Source of the DNA: a virus
Strand: one strand, 5' to 3'
Virus record (IMG/VR): IMGVR_UViG_3300009593_002680
DNA length: 64,000 nucleotides
The notes beneath the pieces are model-generated. The model made no database searches, was not told where the DNA came from, and saw only the letters and a list, made by a program, of their open reading frames with translations. Position 1 is the stretch's first letter; every line of letters begins with the position of its first letter. The position numbers were made by a program, and so were the translations under genes. Positions 46,051 through 55,875 of the stretch are shown here, in pieces.

Positions 46051-46254
46051 ATGGCAAAAAAAGACAAAAGAAAGACGTTAGTTTATTTGATTCCTGAAGG
46101 TGAAACAAGGGACAGTCATACCTATCATTATACAGCATTGAAAACAAAAAGGTTGACAATTGAAAATATTAAGTTAAAATTAAGAAAGTATAATCCGGTA
46201 AAGCGAAAACACGAAATGTTCGTTGAAGCAAAATTACCACCACATAGTAAATAG
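46051..46254 (+). CDS. rpmG: ribosomal protein bL33 homolog (Zn-free type)
   Basis: HYTALKTKR...KLKLRKYNPVKRKHEMFVE; no CxxC motifs. Confidence 0.8.
   Translation: MAKKDKRKTLVYLIPEGETRDSHTYHYTALKTKRLTIENIKLKLRKYNPVKRKHEMFVEAKLPPHSK
46153..46180 (+). promoter_or_regulatory. internal promoter (GG)TTGACA-N16-TAAAAT inside the bL33 gene
   Basis: Same extended -35 as the other early promoters; points at clpS-sufB. Confidence 0.5.
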
Positions 46255-46261
46255 GTACAAT

Positions 46262-46561
46262 ATGACACAAGAAGCAGTTAAAACTAGAGCAACAACAGAA
46301 TTGCGTTATCCTCCAAGGTTTGATGTAATTGTTTTTAATGACGATTACACTCCAGTTGATTTTGTAATTAGACTGTTAGTTGAGATATTCAATAAAAACG
46401 TTGAAACTGCTAAAGAAGTTACAATGCAAATACACGAACATGGACAAGCAGTAGCAGGTTCATATAATTGGGAAATTGCAGAGCAAAAAACCACAGAAGC
46501 AATAGCAACTGCTAGAGCAAGTGGTCACCCTTTACAACTTAAAACCAAACAGGTAGAATGA
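46262..46561 (+). CDS. clpS: N-end rule adaptor ClpS
   Basis: [22 protein letters not shown]...GHPL. Confidence 0.92.
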   Translation: MTQEAVKTRATTELRYPPRFDVIVFNDDYTPVDFVIRLLVEIFNKNVETAKEVTMQIHEHGQAVAGSYNWEIAEQKTTEAIATARASGHPLQLKTKQVE

Positions 46562-48018
46562 GCATAGATAATCTTGAGAAAAATAAGAAATACCAAGAAG
46601 GGTTCGTAACTGAATTAGAGAGCGAATCTTTTCCAGCGGGTCTTGATGAACAAGTTGTAAGAAATTTAAGTGCAATTAAAAATGAGCCCGAATGGTTATT
46701 GGAGTTTAGATTAAAAGCATTTAAAAGATGGGAGTCTATGTCGGAACCAGAATGGGGAGAACTAGATTACGAACCCGTTGACTACCAAGCATTAAGTTAT
46801 CACTCTGCACCAAAGAAATTTGACAAAGATGAAATACCACCAGAGATATTTGAAACATTTGAAAAGTTAGGTGTACCATTACATGAACGTGATGCATTAT
46901 TAGGCTTAGATACAGAAAAGCCAAAACCAGATAACCTTATTCCAACAGTAGCCGTTGACGCAGTATTTGATAGTGTTAGTGTTGCTACAACATTTAAAGC
47001 AGAACTAGAAAAACATGGTATTGTATTTTGCAGTATCAGTGAAGCAGTACAGGATCATCCTGAACTAGTTAAAAAATATTTAGGTAGTGTGATACCTTAC
47101 ACAGACAATTACTTTGCTACACTGAACTCTGCTGTATTCTCAGACGGTACCTTTTGCTATATACCTAAGGGTGTAACATGCCCAATGGAACTCAATACAT
47201 ATTTTAGAATAAATGCTAGAAACACAGGACAGTTTGAACGTACACTTATTATAGCAGACGAAGATAGTTATGTAAGTTACTTAGAAGGTTGTACTGCTCC
47301 AGCATATGATGAGAATACATTACATGCCGCCTGTGTAGAATTAATTACATTAGATAATGCAGAAATAAAATATTCCACAGTACAAAATTGGTACCCAGGA
47401 GATGAAGATGGAGTAGGTGGAGTATATAACTTTGTAACAAAACGTGCAAAGTGTGAAGGCAAGAACAGTAAAGTTAGTTGGACTCAAGTAGAAACAGGAA
47501 GTGCAATTACATCGAAATACCCTAGTTGTATTTTAAAAGGAGAAGGTAGTGTAGGAGAATTTTTTAGTGTTGCAGTTACAAAAGGCAAACAACAAGCAGA
47601 CACAGGCACTAAAATGATACACTTAGGAAAGGATACCAAAAGCACCATTATATCCAAAGGCATAAGTTTTGGAGATAGTACAAATACATATAGAGGTGCA
47701 GTAAAAATAAATCCGGGTGCCAATGATGCATCTAATTATACAAAGTGTGATAGTTTAATGCTACAAGACAGTAGGGCATTAACTATACCATATGTTACAA
47801 GTCAAAATGATACTGCAACTGTAGAGCATGAAGCAAGTGCAGGAAAAATAAGTGAAGAACAAATGTATTACTTGGCAACAAGAGGTTTTAGTGAGGATGA
47901 TGCGATGAATTTAGTAGTAAATGGATTCTGTAAAGATGTGTTTCAAAAACTACCATTAGAATTTGCCGCTGAAGCCAATAAACTATTGAGTATAACACTA
48001 GAAGGTGCCGTAGGATAA
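46558..48018 (+). CDS. sufB: Fe-S cluster assembly scaffold SufB
   Basis: [61 protein letters not shown]. Confidence 0.97.
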   Translation: MSIDNLEKNKKYQEGFVTELESESFPAGLDEQVVRNLSAIKNEPEWLLEFRLKAFKRWESMSEPEWGELDYEPVDYQALSYHSAPKKFDKDEIPPEIFETFEKLGVPLHERDALLGLDTEKPKPDNLIPTVAVDAVFDSVSVATTFKAELEKHGIVFCSISEAVQDHPELVKKYLGSVIPYTDNYFATLNSAVFSDGTFCYIPKGVTCPMELNTYFRINARNTGQFERTLIIADEDSYVSYLEGCTAPAYDENTLHAACVELITLDNAEIKYSTVQNWYPGDEDGVGGVYNFVTKRAKCEGKNSKVSWTQVETGSAITSKYPSCILKGEGSVGEFFSVAVTKGKQQADTGTKMIHLGKDTKSTIISKGISFGDSTNTYRGAVKINPGANDASNYTKCDSLMLQDSRALTIPYVTSQNDTATVEHEASAGKISEEQMYYLATRGFSEDDAMNLVVNGFCKDVFQKLPLEFAAEANKLLSITLEGAVG

Positions 48019-48021
48019 TCG

Positions 48022-48050
48022 TTGACATTAATTACCAAAGGTAGTATAAT
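48022..48050 (+). promoter_or_regulatory. sigma70 promoter TTGACA-N17-TATAAT, 6 nt before the sufC ATG
   Basis: Perfect consensus; no SD. Confidence 0.85.
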
Positions 48051-48056
48051 ACGCAG

Positions 48057-48752
48057 ATGTTAGAATTAAAAGACTATTCAGTTAATCCTATACTTGAAGG
48101 TATAAACATTGAGTTTGACGTAGGTCGAACTTATATTGTTATGGGTGCTAATGGAGTAGGTAAAAGTACATTGTTGCATAGTATTATGGGAAGACCTGAT
48201 TTAGATGTAAAAGGTACACTTAAACTTAATGGTCAAGATATCAGTGAACTTGAAGTAGATGAAAGAGCAAACCTAGGAATGTTTGTAGGGTTCCAAGCAC
48301 CAACAAGTGTTCCTGGATTAAGTAACTTTCAATTTATGAAACAAGCATTAAACACTGAAGGTAAAGATATTAGAGAAACATTAGAAAAATTCAAAGCATT
48401 AACACATACTTTAGGATTGCCTGAAGGTTGGGACAAGCGAAACTTAAACACAGATGCTAGTGGTGGTGAGAAAAAGAAAAATGAGTTAATACAAATGAGC
48501 ATGTTGCCTACAAAGTTAGCCATGTTAGATGAACCAGACAGTGGTTTAGATGTTGATGGTATTAAAGCATTATCAAAACAATTGAATGAATGGAGAACAG
48601 CCGACAATACACTTATTGTTGTAACACACTACGAAAAACTTATAGAAAGTCTAGATCCTGATGCAATTCTTGTGTTAAAGAAAGACCACATAGTTGGTGG
48701 TGATAAAACGTTAGCACAGAAAATATTTGCAGAAGGGTTTGATAGTGTTTAA
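48057..48752 (+). CDS. sufC: Fe-S assembly ABC ATPase SufC
   Basis: GANGVGKS, SGGEKKKNE, LDEPDSGLDVD, VTHY. Confidence 0.95.
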   Translation: MLELKDYSVNPILEGINIEFDVGRTYIVMGANGVGKSTLLHSIMGRPDLDVKGTLKLNGQDISELEVDERANLGMFVGFQAPTSVPGLSNFQFMKQALNTEGKDIRETLEKFKALTHTLGLPEGWDKRNLNTDASGGEKKKNELIQMSMLPTKLAMLDEPDSGLDVDGIKALSKQLNEWRTADNTLIVVTHYEKLIESLDPDAILVLKKDHIVGGDKTLAQKIFAEGFDSV

Positions 48753-50022
48753 AAATTTATACAGTTCAAATATATTAACAAAACAAAATGGATTTGAAAG
48801 TTTTTATAAACTTGAAGACATCCTCGATTTTGTAACATCTCCGATATACTTAGAAGAATTAGAAAATTCTGAATACAAGAAAAAGGTTCCAGGGTTACAT
48901 AAACATTATGTAGACAATTTATATTACCTACGTGAAATAGGTTTACCTTCTAATAAAAACGAACAATTTAATTTTAGTAATATTAATAAATTAAAAAACA
49001 TAGATATTTTAAATACTGAATCGAGAACTATTAGTGGCGTAGATGATTTAGTAAAGTATGAATATCTAGCAACTGAGAAAAATACAGTAGTTATAACAGA
49101 TGGTCATATATTAAGTAGTACAGACGTTAGTACAAAGAAACCATTTAATGTACAAATACTAGATAACATAAAATATAACAAACAAAAGCAAGATGAGTAT
49201 GTTAAAATTATTGAACATACAAATGATTTTAGAAACTTAACATACGCATTATCAACTTTTCCTAATATAATAATTTTTCCTTCGGGAAGTAAAGATAACT
49301 TTTATAAGAATCCATTTACTATTGAATATGTTAATGGTACTGATGATCCTGTATTACAAGCAAACACTAGTATAGTTGATATACAATATAATACAAAAGT
49401 TAAATTAAGAGAACGTGTAAAAAGTCTTGCTGGACAAATGAACTATGTAACATACATTGTAAGAGAAGATGCAGAGTTAGAAATTGTTAGAAACTCAAAA
49501 GACTTAGGTGGTTGGACATTGTTTGATAGTAGGTTTGTTTGTCACCCAGGTAGTAAAGTTACAGTAAAGTTTAAGAACGAAGGTAGTCAATATTCACAAG
49601 AAAATTTTTACTTTAAATGTAGTAGTCATGTTGAAGTAGATTTAGTTGGTAGAAACAATATTAAAAAAGGAAATGATTATCATCAGTTTGTACAAGTAAA
49701 AAGTCAAAACGATAGCAACAAAAGTGTAATAGATATAAAAAATGTTGGTAACGAAAATGCCAATACAAGTTTTATAGGAAAGTATGATGTTAGTCCATTT
49801 AGTATAGGGTTCGATGGACAGATGAGTAATGAGAATTTAATGCTAACAAAAAATGTTAAAATGCATACTCGTCCAATATTGGATATTCATACCAAAGAAA
49901 TTGAATGCTCACATGGTTGCACGATAAGTAATATTAATAAGGACCATTTGTACTATCTGCAAAGTAGAGGATTTAGCAGACAAAAAGCAAATGACATTTT
50001 AGTGGACAGTTTCCTATGTTAA
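48727..50022 (+). CDS. sufD: SufD-like protein
   Basis: C-terminal PILDIHTKEIECSHGCTI...YYLQSRG; operon position; start uncertain. Confidence 0.85.
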   Translation: MQKGLIVFKNLYSSNILTKQNGFESFYKLEDILDFVTSPIYLEELENSEYKKKVPGLHKHYVDNLYYLREIGLPSNKNEQFNFSNINKLKNIDILNTESRTISGVDDLVKYEYLATEKNTVVITDGHILSSTDVSTKKPFNVQILDNIKYNKQKQDEYVKIIEHTNDFRNLTYALSTFPNIIIFPSGSKDNFYKNPFTIEYVNGTDDPVLQANTSIVDIQYNTKVKLRERVKSLAGQMNYVTYIVREDAELEIVRNSKDLGGWTLFDSRFVCHPGSKVTVKFKNEGSQYSQENFYFKCSSHVEVDLVGRNNIKKGNDYHQFVQVKSQNDSNKSVIDIKNVGNENANTSFIGKYDVSPFSIGFDGQMSNENLMLTKNVKMHTRPILDIHTKEIECSHGCTISNINKDHLYYLQSRGFSRQKANDILVDSFLC

Positions 50023-51248
50023 AAGCATACAAAAAAGCAAAATCAATAAAACAAATACGAGCATGTTTTCCTGCTCTAGCATATAGTGATATAACTTACT
50101 TAGATAATGCGGCTAGTACTCAAACAGTAGATAGTAGTATTAAAGCAGTAAGTGATTACCATTATAACTACAGAGCAAATGTGCATAGGGGTGATTTTAA
50201 AACAAGTCATATTGCAACAGACTTATATGATGAAGCAAGAGAAGAAGTTGCAAAGTTATTAAATTGTGAAGCATACGAAATTGCATTTACAAGTGGTACT
50301 ACAGAAAGTTTAAATATGATTGCAGAGCATTATGCTAATGATGATAGACAAGTTATTATAACACACTTAGAACATCACAGTAATAGTTTACCTTGGATGA
50401 AGCAAGGACGTAATGCAGAAAATGGCGGACTACTTGTTTGCAAAGCAACTGATGTTGGTGATGTTAGTATGCAGGATTGGGAAGAAATATGTTCTGAAAA
50501 TCCTGGAAGTATTGTATCATTTTTAACACAAAGTAATTTAAGTGGACACATGTTAAAATGGAACCAAATGGTCCATATAGCAAAAGAACATGATTGTGAA
50601 GTTATACTTGATGCTTGTCAAAGTATTGCACACCAACCAATAGATACTAAAATGAATAACATAGATTGGATTGCTTTTAGTGGACATAAAATGTTTGCTA
50701 GTACAGGAGTTGGTGTATTATTTCACAGAGGTGGATTTGCAGATATAGTATCACGTTTAGGTGGTGGTACAGTTAGTTATGTAGATTATGATAAAGGATA
50801 TACATTAAACAATGATGTTAGTCAAGTAGAATCAGGAACACCTAATATTGCAGGAGTACATAGTATTGGTGCCGCGGCTAAATGGATTCAAGAAATAGGA
50901 TATAAAGAGATACAAGAATGTGAAGCAGAATTTTTCTATATGCTTAAAGATAAAGGTCTTTTTGATATAGAACAGTTAAAACTAATTGGCGATCCGTACC
51001 CTAGAAGTGTTTTTAGTTTTGTTGTAGACCCAGAGTTAGATTACAATGCAAGTGATTTGGCTGGATTTTTAGACTTAACTGATGTATGTGTTAGAACAGG
51101 ACACATGTGCGCCTATCCGGCAAGTATGAGATATAATCATTCAGGAAAAGGTATTTTTAGAGTTAGTGTTGCACCATACAATGATGAACACGATTGCGTT
51201 AAGTTAGTAGAGGGACTATGGAAAGCGATAGAGAAACTGGAGAAGTAA
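50016..51248 (+). CDS. sufS: cysteine desulfurase SufS (group II)
   Basis: YLDNAASTQ, EHHSN, FSGHKM (PLP Lys), ESGTPN, RTGHMCA. Confidence 0.93.
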   Translation: MLKAYKKAKSIKQIRACFPALAYSDITYLDNAASTQTVDSSIKAVSDYHYNYRANVHRGDFKTSHIATDLYDEAREEVAKLLNCEAYEIAFTSGTTESLNMIAEHYANDDRQVIITHLEHHSNSLPWMKQGRNAENGGLLVCKATDVGDVSMQDWEEICSENPGSIVSFLTQSNLSGHMLKWNQMVHIAKEHDCEVILDACQSIAHQPIDTKMNNIDWIAFSGHKMFASTGVGVLFHRGGFADIVSRLGGGTVSYVDYDKGYTLNNDVSQVESGTPNIAGVHSIGAAAKWIQEIGYKEIQECEAEFFYMLKDKGLFDIEQLKLIGDPYPRSVFSFVVDPELDYNASDLAGFLDLTDVCVRTGHMCAYPASMRYNHSGKGIFRVSVAPYNDEHDCVKLVEGLWKAIEKLEK

Positions 51249-51574
51249 GTCCACCTGAGAACTTACAAGACCAATTAGTAGAACAAATTATAGCAAACTT
51301 GCGTAGAGTTTACGATCCAGAGATTAATCTTAATGTTTACGACTTAGGTCTTATATATCAAGTAGCAGTAAATAAAGAATATGATGCTAATGTTATAATG
51401 ACATTGACATCGCCTAATTGCCCGGCGGCTGAAATTATTCCAATGGAAGTAGAGTTTGCCACTAGAGCAGTAGAATGTATTAATAAAGTAAAAGTAACAT
51501 TAACTTTTGATCCACCATGGAATCCAGACACCATGATTAGTGATGAAGGCAAATATCAAATAGGTATATTATGA
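51218..51574 (+). CDS. sufT: DUF59 / SufT Fe-S assembly protein
   Basis: VYDPEINLNVYDLGLIY, MTLTSPNCP, FDPPW. Confidence 0.9.
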   Translation: MESDRETGEVSPPENLQDQLVEQIIANLRRVYDPEINLNVYDLGLIYQVAVNKEYDANVIMTLTSPNCPAAEIIPMEVEFATRAVECINKVKVTLTFDPPWNPDTMISDEGKYQIGIL

Positions 51575-51951
51575 GTATTAAAAAAGAGTTTAACATACAA
51601 GAGACGCCACCTACACCTTCTCCTGATACTGTAATACAAACTGATAAAGGTCAAGAGTTTAGTATTGGAGAAATACAGCATTCAAAAAGAATTCTTAAAA
51701 GTGCTACACCCAAAGGCGATTTGAGTTGGTATGTTAAATGGATTAGTAGTGTTTTTATTCTTGTAGCAGTTACTTTTAGGTCCCAAGGACCAGAATGGAA
51801 TTTTTTAGACCAAATATTTAGTTTAGTTGGTTGCCTAGGTTGGACCTGGGTAGGACTACTATGGAAGGATAGAGCATTAATTATTTTAAATTCTATTCTA
51901 GTATTCATATTAGGTTCAGCATTATTAGGTTCTATTTTGCAATGGCTATAG
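51571..51951 (+). CDS. small membrane protein
   Basis: PKGDLSWYVKW followed by three TM segments. Confidence 0.6.
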   Translation: MSIKKEFNIQETPPTPSPDTVIQTDKGQEFSIGEIQHSKRILKSATPKGDLSWYVKWISSVFILVAVTFRSQGPEWNFLDQIFSLVGCLGWTWVGLLWKDRALIILNSILVFILGSALLGSILQWL

Positions 51952-53426
51952 ATGTACTAAATTTAGATTGTGTTGACGAAAGAAATGGAAACACATATAA
52001 GTTTGATGTTTCAAATCCAGAAACATTTGGAAATGTTTTTTCATTAGCATTACCAGATGGTATGCAAGGGCATACTTTAGTAGAAAGTATGGGTATTCAC
52101 AGAGGTGGCGTTACACCTGATAATTCCATTGAACAAGAAATACTAACGGTATCCTTTTTCCTTGCTACAAGTGGCAGATATGATTTAATAACTGGTGACG
52201 GACCACATTGGCGTTTACATGAACAACAATTAGATTTTTTAATTAGTTATTTAGAACAACTAGATGCTGGAACAGTAACAAGACCGTTAGCAATAAACTT
52301 CTGCGATGAGAGTCCACAACTAGAAGAAATAATAGAACAAATACATTCGTGTATGCAATTATTTAACACACCAACAGACAAAGTATTTTTATGTGGAATG
52401 AACTTTGATGGACAACAAACATGTAACAAGTATGCTAAAAAAGAAAATGTTGACCCATTAAAATATGTACCTTTTTATAATATGCATGGACACATGCGTT
52501 GGCAAGATTTAGAAAATATACTTGATAGAGTCGAACACACAATATATTATAATAACGATTGTGATGATTGGAACACTATCAAAGGAAATACGTTTACTTT
52601 TTTAAATAGACGTTTTGCTAATGTTAGAGCATTGGCTTTGTGGGCATTATATATTGAAGGCTCTTGGAAGTATAAAAGTATTGTAAGTGCTTTCCCACCA
52701 TTGACTTATTTTAAAATTGGTAAGGAAACAAAAAATGCTACAGCATTTTGTACATTAGAATTAATGGATTCTTTAACTAAGAAACATACACCATTATATA
52801 AAAACCAATTACATGAAACATCTTTTAAAGACTTTGCTAACAAATATAGATTAGGACAATCATTAGAAGGTGATGCTCCATATATTGGAGGAGAGGAAAG
52901 TAAGTGGGCACCTAACATGAATGATAGTTACTTGTGGTACACAGTAGAATCTGTTGCAGACCAAAAAGAAACAAATACATTCTTTACAGAAAAAACATTA
53001 AAGCCAATGATGTATGGACAAGGTTTAATATTACTTTCACAACCAGGTATGATATCTAAATTTAAACAATTAGGTTTTCATACACTAGCAGAAGAATTAG
53101 GATTTTGTGAAGAGTATGACAACGAAGAAGATTTAGGTATTAGAATGCAAATGATATCACAAGAAATAGTTAAACTATGTCAAGTGCCGTTATCAGTTAT
53201 GCATGAACGTTGGCTTACTGCAAAACCAAAAATAATTGAAAATAAAAAACGTGTTGCATGTATGCTAACAAATATACCAAACAACTATTGGACAAACGTA
53301 GTAAAATACTGCGATAACAATATAAGAGAACCGTACGATAGTAAGTCTTTGTTTAATGTTAAAACACCAAACATATTAAAAGACTACCAAAATCTATTTA
53401 ACACGGACGAAATACAAGATAAGTAA
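51942..53426 (+). CDS. hypothetical protein, possibly glycosyltransferase-related
   Basis: C-terminal FFTEKTLKPM...LGFHT pattern; weak. Confidence 0.4.
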   Translation: MAIDVLNLDCVDERNGNTYKFDVSNPETFGNVFSLALPDGMQGHTLVESMGIHRGGVTPDNSIEQEILTVSFFLATSGRYDLITGDGPHWRLHEQQLDFLISYLEQLDAGTVTRPLAINFCDESPQLEEIIEQIHSCMQLFNTPTDKVFLCGMNFDGQQTCNKYAKKENVDPLKYVPFYNMHGHMRWQDLENILDRVEHTIYYNNDCDDWNTIKGNTFTFLNRRFANVRALALWALYIEGSWKYKSIVSAFPPLTYFKIGKETKNATAFCTLELMDSLTKKHTPLYKNQLHETSFKDFANKYRLGQSLEGDAPYIGGEESKWAPNMNDSYLWYTVESVADQKETNTFFTEKTLKPMMYGQGLILLSQPGMISKFKQLGFHTLAEELGFCEEYDNEEDLGIRMQMISQEIVKLCQVPLSVMHERWLTAKPKIIENKKRVACMLTNIPNNYWTNVVKYCDNNIREPYDSKSLFNVKTPNILKDYQNLFNTDEIQDK

Positions 53427-53458
53427 CGTTATCATTTTTAATAATATGGAGACAAAAA

Positions 53459-54061
53459 ATGGCAATTGAAATGACAGTACCTATGGTACAATTTAACAAA
53501 CGTGCTATTCCTGAGGGAAGAGTGGACATGGATTGGGTTTCAGAAACCAGCGAAGATATTTTTGCAAATAGACGAGTTGTTGTCTTTTCACTACCAGGAG
53601 CATTTACTCCAACATGTAGTAGTACACATTTACCTGGATACGAAGCAAGGTATAACGAAATACTAGAACAAGACGTTGATGACGTTTATTGTTTAAGTGT
53701 AAATGATAGTTTTGTAATGAATTCATGGTTTAATAGTTTGGCTATTGAAAATGTAAAACCTATTGCAGATGGTAACGGAGACTTTACACGTCATATGGGT
53801 ATGTTAGTTAAGAAAGAAGCAGTAAACTTTGGTTTAAGAAGTCAAAGATATTCTATGGTTGTAGACAACGGTCTAGTAGAAATGATTTTTGTAGAGCAAG
53901 GTAAAGAAGATAATTTTGCTGACGATCCTTTTGATGTTAGTGATGTAGACTCAATGCTAACTTACTTAACAAGCATTAAAGACGTAAGAAGAGATGCTAT
54001 TGAAACAGCACAACAGGAAGCCGACCAGCAAGATGAAACTGAGACTGATATTTCAGAGTGA
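53459..54061 (+). CDS. peroxiredoxin (Prx5 subfamily)
   Basis: FSLPGAFTPTCSSTHLPGY, SVNDSFVM, DGNG, RYSM. Confidence 0.93.
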   Translation: MAIEMTVPMVQFNKRAIPEGRVDMDWVSETSEDIFANRRVVVFSLPGAFTPTCSSTHLPGYEARYNEILEQDVDDVYCLSVNDSFVMNSWFNSLAIENVKPIADGNGDFTRHMGMLVKKEAVNFGLRSQRYSMVVDNGLVEMIFVEQGKEDNFADDPFDVSDVDSMLTYLTSIKDVRRDAIETAQQEADQQDETETDISE

Positions 54062-54944
54062 ATCTGGGCAAGGATCTAACCACTTAGATTTTAAATTATA
54101 CGACACACCTATAGTAGAAAAAGTTATAGAAGTCTTGAATAGAACAAAGCAGGACATTCACGGTTCTGTTGAGTATCGTATAGATACAAAGTTTGCTCAA
54201 TCAGAACAAACTTCTTTAGAATTAGCAATGGAAATGAATCGTATCATTGACGAAGTTAATACTTTAGGAAGTGTTGAAATACCTGATAGTTGTTACTTAG
54301 AAACATCAATAGAACCTCATTTACAAACAGATAAACTTAACCATTTACACCTAATATTCCAACTGTATAGTGAAGAACACGGATTTGGCGACCCTACACA
54401 GGTATTGCTAGAACGTGTAAACATATTAGTACACATGTTAGAAAGTGCTCCAGTTGAAATGGATCAAGTGTTTATAGTAGCAAAACAGGACCGTTTTAGA
54501 CCTAATTCAATTGAAGGAATAGATTTAAACTTAACATCACAAGACTATATGTCTAAGTTTCCTTGGGGCATGTGGGGATTTTTAGAACTAGATTACAATA
54601 CAGTTGGTAAAGATTTAAGTGCATGTTTTGGTACTAATGATGTTGTATTAGCAAATAAACCAGAAGAATTAAGACAGCAAGAAGTTTATAGTCCTGCATT
54701 TGCTGTTAATTTTTGTGAAGGACCACATAACAAAAATACAGAAGAATACGATAAAGACTTAATTAACAAGTTCCATATATGGTGTAAAGAGAATGAATTA
54801 CCTTATAATTACACAAATCCGGAATATAGATTGGGTAGAATCAGATTAGGAGAGATTATAGGGGATTGGACTATGCAAAGCATTCAAGAGTTTGTAACAC
54901 ACTATCCTAATATAATTGAAATAGTTGCTTTAAATGATAAATAA
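54033..54944 (+). CDS. hypothetical protein
   Basis: About 300 aa ORF overlapping the peroxiredoxin end. Confidence 0.55.
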   Translation: MKLRLIFQSESGQGSNHLDFKLYDTPIVEKVIEVLNRTKQDIHGSVEYRIDTKFAQSEQTSLELAMEMNRIIDEVNTLGSVEIPDSCYLETSIEPHLQTDKLNHLHLIFQLYSEEHGFGDPTQVLLERVNILVHMLESAPVEMDQVFIVAKQDRFRPNSIEGIDLNLTSQDYMSKFPWGMWGFLELDYNTVGKDLSACFGTNDVVLANKPEELRQQEVYSPAFAVNFCEGPHNKNTEEYDKDLINKFHIWCKENELPYNYTNPEYRLGRIRLGEIIGDWTMQSIQEFVTHYPNIIEIVALNDK

Positions 54945-54977
54945 GTACTGTAAACGATATCCACTGGAGAAAAATAA

Positions 54978-55826
54978 ATGGCTAACATGACTTTACCCAC
55001 AGAAGCAGAAGTAAGAGCAATAGACACAGGTGCTTTTGTATGGGATGATTTACTAGACGGATTGCTATCACAAGCACAAGGTCAAGTAATTAAAGCAGTA
55101 TGCGACAGAATGGACGCAGGTGAAACTGTATGCATAGTAGAACCATTCCAAGCAACAGGTAAAACTGCAAAATTTATAAACGATAATGTTACAGGTGCAA
55201 ATAATTTAAAAATTGTTACTAGTGACTCATACGTTGACACTTACTTAACAACAAGTGATTATTTTAAAAATACAGGAAATGTTGCAAACGTATATAAGCA
55301 TGATACATCTGCGGCAACGGAAATCATTTACAATGGAGACGGCGATGCTGTTTCTATCAAGTTCTGGGACGCCAATACAGACCCAGCAAATCCAACACTT
55401 AAAAGAGAACATGCATTTGCAGATACACCAGTAGCATTAGGTACAAACGATTTATCAAACTTTACTATTGTTTGGCCCAGAGAAACACAGATTAAAAACA
55501 ATGCAGACGAGAACTTAGGTTCAGGCGATAATGTAGGTGATTTTAATCCTGATGTTTGGGTTATTGTTCCTTGGATTGTTAATCTAGGTAATCCAGAATT
55601 TGACCTAGACATTAATAAAAGAACATTTGCACAAATTTTTAACAAAATGGAATCAGGTGAAGTTTTTATAGTAATGAACTTCCATATACCAAATGTTAAT
55701 CAGGCATTTTGGGCGGCAATGAATGCCATGACTGCTACAGGTAAAAACTGGAGTACTGAATATGTACTTAACAGTGAATCTGATAACTCAGGTTATTGGC
55801 AAGCGGCACTAGTGAAAAAAGGTTAA
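54978..55826 (+). CDS. hypothetical late protein, possibly structural
   Basis: Late box 54937-54943, GGAG SD. Confidence 0.5.
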   Translation: MANMTLPTEAEVRAIDTGAFVWDDLLDGLLSQAQGQVIKAVCDRMDAGETVCIVEPFQATGKTAKFINDNVTGANNLKIVTSDSYVDTYLTTSDYFKNTGNVANVYKHDTSAATEIIYNGDGDAVSIKFWDANTDPANPTLKREHAFADTPVALGTNDLSNFTIVWPRETQIKNNADENLGSGDNVGDFNPDVWVIVPWIVNLGNPEFDLDINKRTFAQIFNKMESGEVFIVMNFHIPNVNQAFWAAMNAMTATGKNWSTEYVLNSESDNSGYWQAALVKKG

Positions 55827-55875
55827 TATTACCATTTCTACATAAAAGTAGTTAAATACCCACATAAATATTGTT

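Noticed and set aside
54978-55826. Possible internal duplication (DRMDAGETVCIV versus NKMESGEVFIV)
   Set aside because: Similarity too short to claim without a profile alignment
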